Positions 24,771 through 25,462 of a stretch of DNA of 25,462 bases are shown here, in pieces. The stretch comes from a virus (Duplodnaviria > Caudoviricetes), in the IMG/VR virus record IMGVR_UViG_3300044300_002650, positions 1-25,462 of that record. The stretch is one strand, 5' to 3'. The notes under the pieces are model-generated. The model was not told the origin of the DNA. It saw nothing but the letters and a program-made list of their open reading frames with translations, and ran no database searches. The translations under genes and the position numbers were made by a program. Numbering within the stretch: the stretch's first letter is position 1; the number at the start of each line of letters is the position of its first letter.

Positions 24771-25240
24771 TCAAAAAAATTATATTCATCTTTATTTTCC
24801 AAAGGTCGTTCTGCTGAAATTTTTGTTCTAGCTGAAGGGGTTAAACCAAACTGAGTTGCTAATTTTATAGCATCTGATAATGCTTGTTTACTAACTGTAA
24901 CCAAGGGAACAATTTGTGAATGTTTAACCCTACCATCTTCATCTCTGTAAACTTGAATCCTTCCTGTTTCTTGCAAGATTTGTTCTGTTTCAATATGTAA
25001 AGCAATTGAATTACAATATGCTTCAATCAGCGCAAGGTCAACAGTGTGTAACATTCCTAACATAAACAATTCGTTAGTAACCAAAACCCATTGTTGTTTT
25101 GCTATTTTTGACAACCATTTGGGTGGTGTGGGTGCTTTAGTAACAGGGGTGACTTGCATTTCATTCTCAATTTCCCTTGACTTTGCTAATGTGCCTCTCA
25201 GCTCTTTTAATTTAGTTGGTATCTTTTTTCTTCCAGCCAT
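24767..25240 (-). CDS. terS: Terminase small subunit, P27 family
   Basis: GRKKIPT.LK.LRG, PPKWLS..AK..W, D...IEAYC, FGLTPSAR motifs. Confidence 0.95.
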   Translation of the reverse strand: MAGRKKIPTKLKELRGTLAKSREIENEMQVTPVTKAPTPPKWLSKIAKQQWVLVTNELFMLGMLHTVDLALIEAYCNSIALHIETEQILQETGRIQVYRDEDGRVKHSQIVPLVTVSKQALSDAIKLATQFGLTPSARTKISAERPLENKDEYNFFE

Positions 25241-25379
25241 TTATTTTTTTTTTAGATTTATCAACATCTTCTTCATAAAAAAATTCACATCCTTCAAAAC
25301 AGTTTGAGCAGATACAATCAGTTTCAAAAACTATTGGTGAACAACAGCAATTTGATAATTTAGTTTTTTTTTTATTCAT
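25212..25379 (-). CDS. Small Cys-rich putative metal-binding protein (SNCCCSP...CICSNCFEGC), not in the ORF track
   Basis: ATG 25379; seven Cys; as written overlaps terS by 29 nt, and a 1-nt change in the A10 run would end it at the TAA abutting the terS ATG. Confidence 0.6.
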   Translation of the reverse strand: MNKKKTKLSNCCCSPIVFETDCICSNCFEGCEFFYEEDVDKSKKKINGWKKKDTN

Positions 25380-25435
25380 ATTTAGTTATTGTTATAACCC
25401 CCCCCTGTTATATTTTGCATAGCTATAAAGATAAC

Positions 25436-25446
25436 TGGGGCGGTCG
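25436..25446. repeat. Right copy of terminal 11-bp repeat TGGGGCGGTCG; probable cos end
   Basis: Identical to 3-13. Confidence 0.8.
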
Positions 25447-25462
25447 CTTTTCCTCACTCTTC

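Larger units (their letters stand above)
3..25446 (-). mobile_element. Near-complete/complete tailed phage genome (siphovirus morphotype, HK97-type head, cos packaging), probable Bacteroidota host
   Basis: Full ordered set of packaging, head, tail, lysis and replication genes on one strand, bounded by an 11-bp direct repeat. Confidence 0.92.

Noticed and set aside
1139-25307. All plus-strand ORFs in the track (1139, 2448, 4959, 12693, 13905, 14745, 19995, 20179, 21273, 21738, 24415, 25044)
   Set aside because: Antisense shadows of well-supported minus-strand genes, with no recognisable motifs
3-25446. Phage satellite (PICI/cf-PICI) interpretation because of small size
   Set aside because: Encodes complete head, tail and lysis modules and lacks the integrase and primase typical of satellites
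1-25462. tRNA/rRNA genes or alternative genetic code
   Set aside because: No cloverleaf or rRNA-like segment was seen in the short gaps; core genes are full length in the standard code

Overview
The window appears to be an essentially complete, small (about 25.43 kb), AT-rich siphovirus-type phage genome with an HK97-like head. An 11-bp direct repeat (TGGGGCGGTCG at 3-13 and 25436-25446) bounds it between an HNH gene and terS, the usual position of a cos site. All credible genes are on the minus strand. In transcription order they are: terS, terL, a small promoter-bearing insertion, portal, prohead protease, major capsid, head-tail genes, tail tube, frameshifted tail chaperones, tape measure, two tail-tip genes, a five-gene cell-envelope cassette, M15 endolysin, holin and a metallophosphoesterase. 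An early/replication block follows (putative SSAP, DnaA-domain-IV-like protein, DUF3127 SSB-like protein, replication initiator with internal ori), then two HNH-type nucleases. The host is most likely Bacteroidota (Flavobacteriia-like): TTTG-N19-TAnnTTTG promoters, abutting genes without obvious Shine-Dalgarno motifs, Gln at +1 after signal peptides, and DUF3127. No integrase, repressor, helicase or polymerase is recognisable. The most unusual element is the cassette at 6144-8779: an outer-membrane beta-barrel, a secreted LDL-receptor-A-like protein with a T9SS-like tail, two inner-membrane proteins and an exported CXXC-less thioredoxin. All family assignments come from motif recognition by eye; no searches were run.
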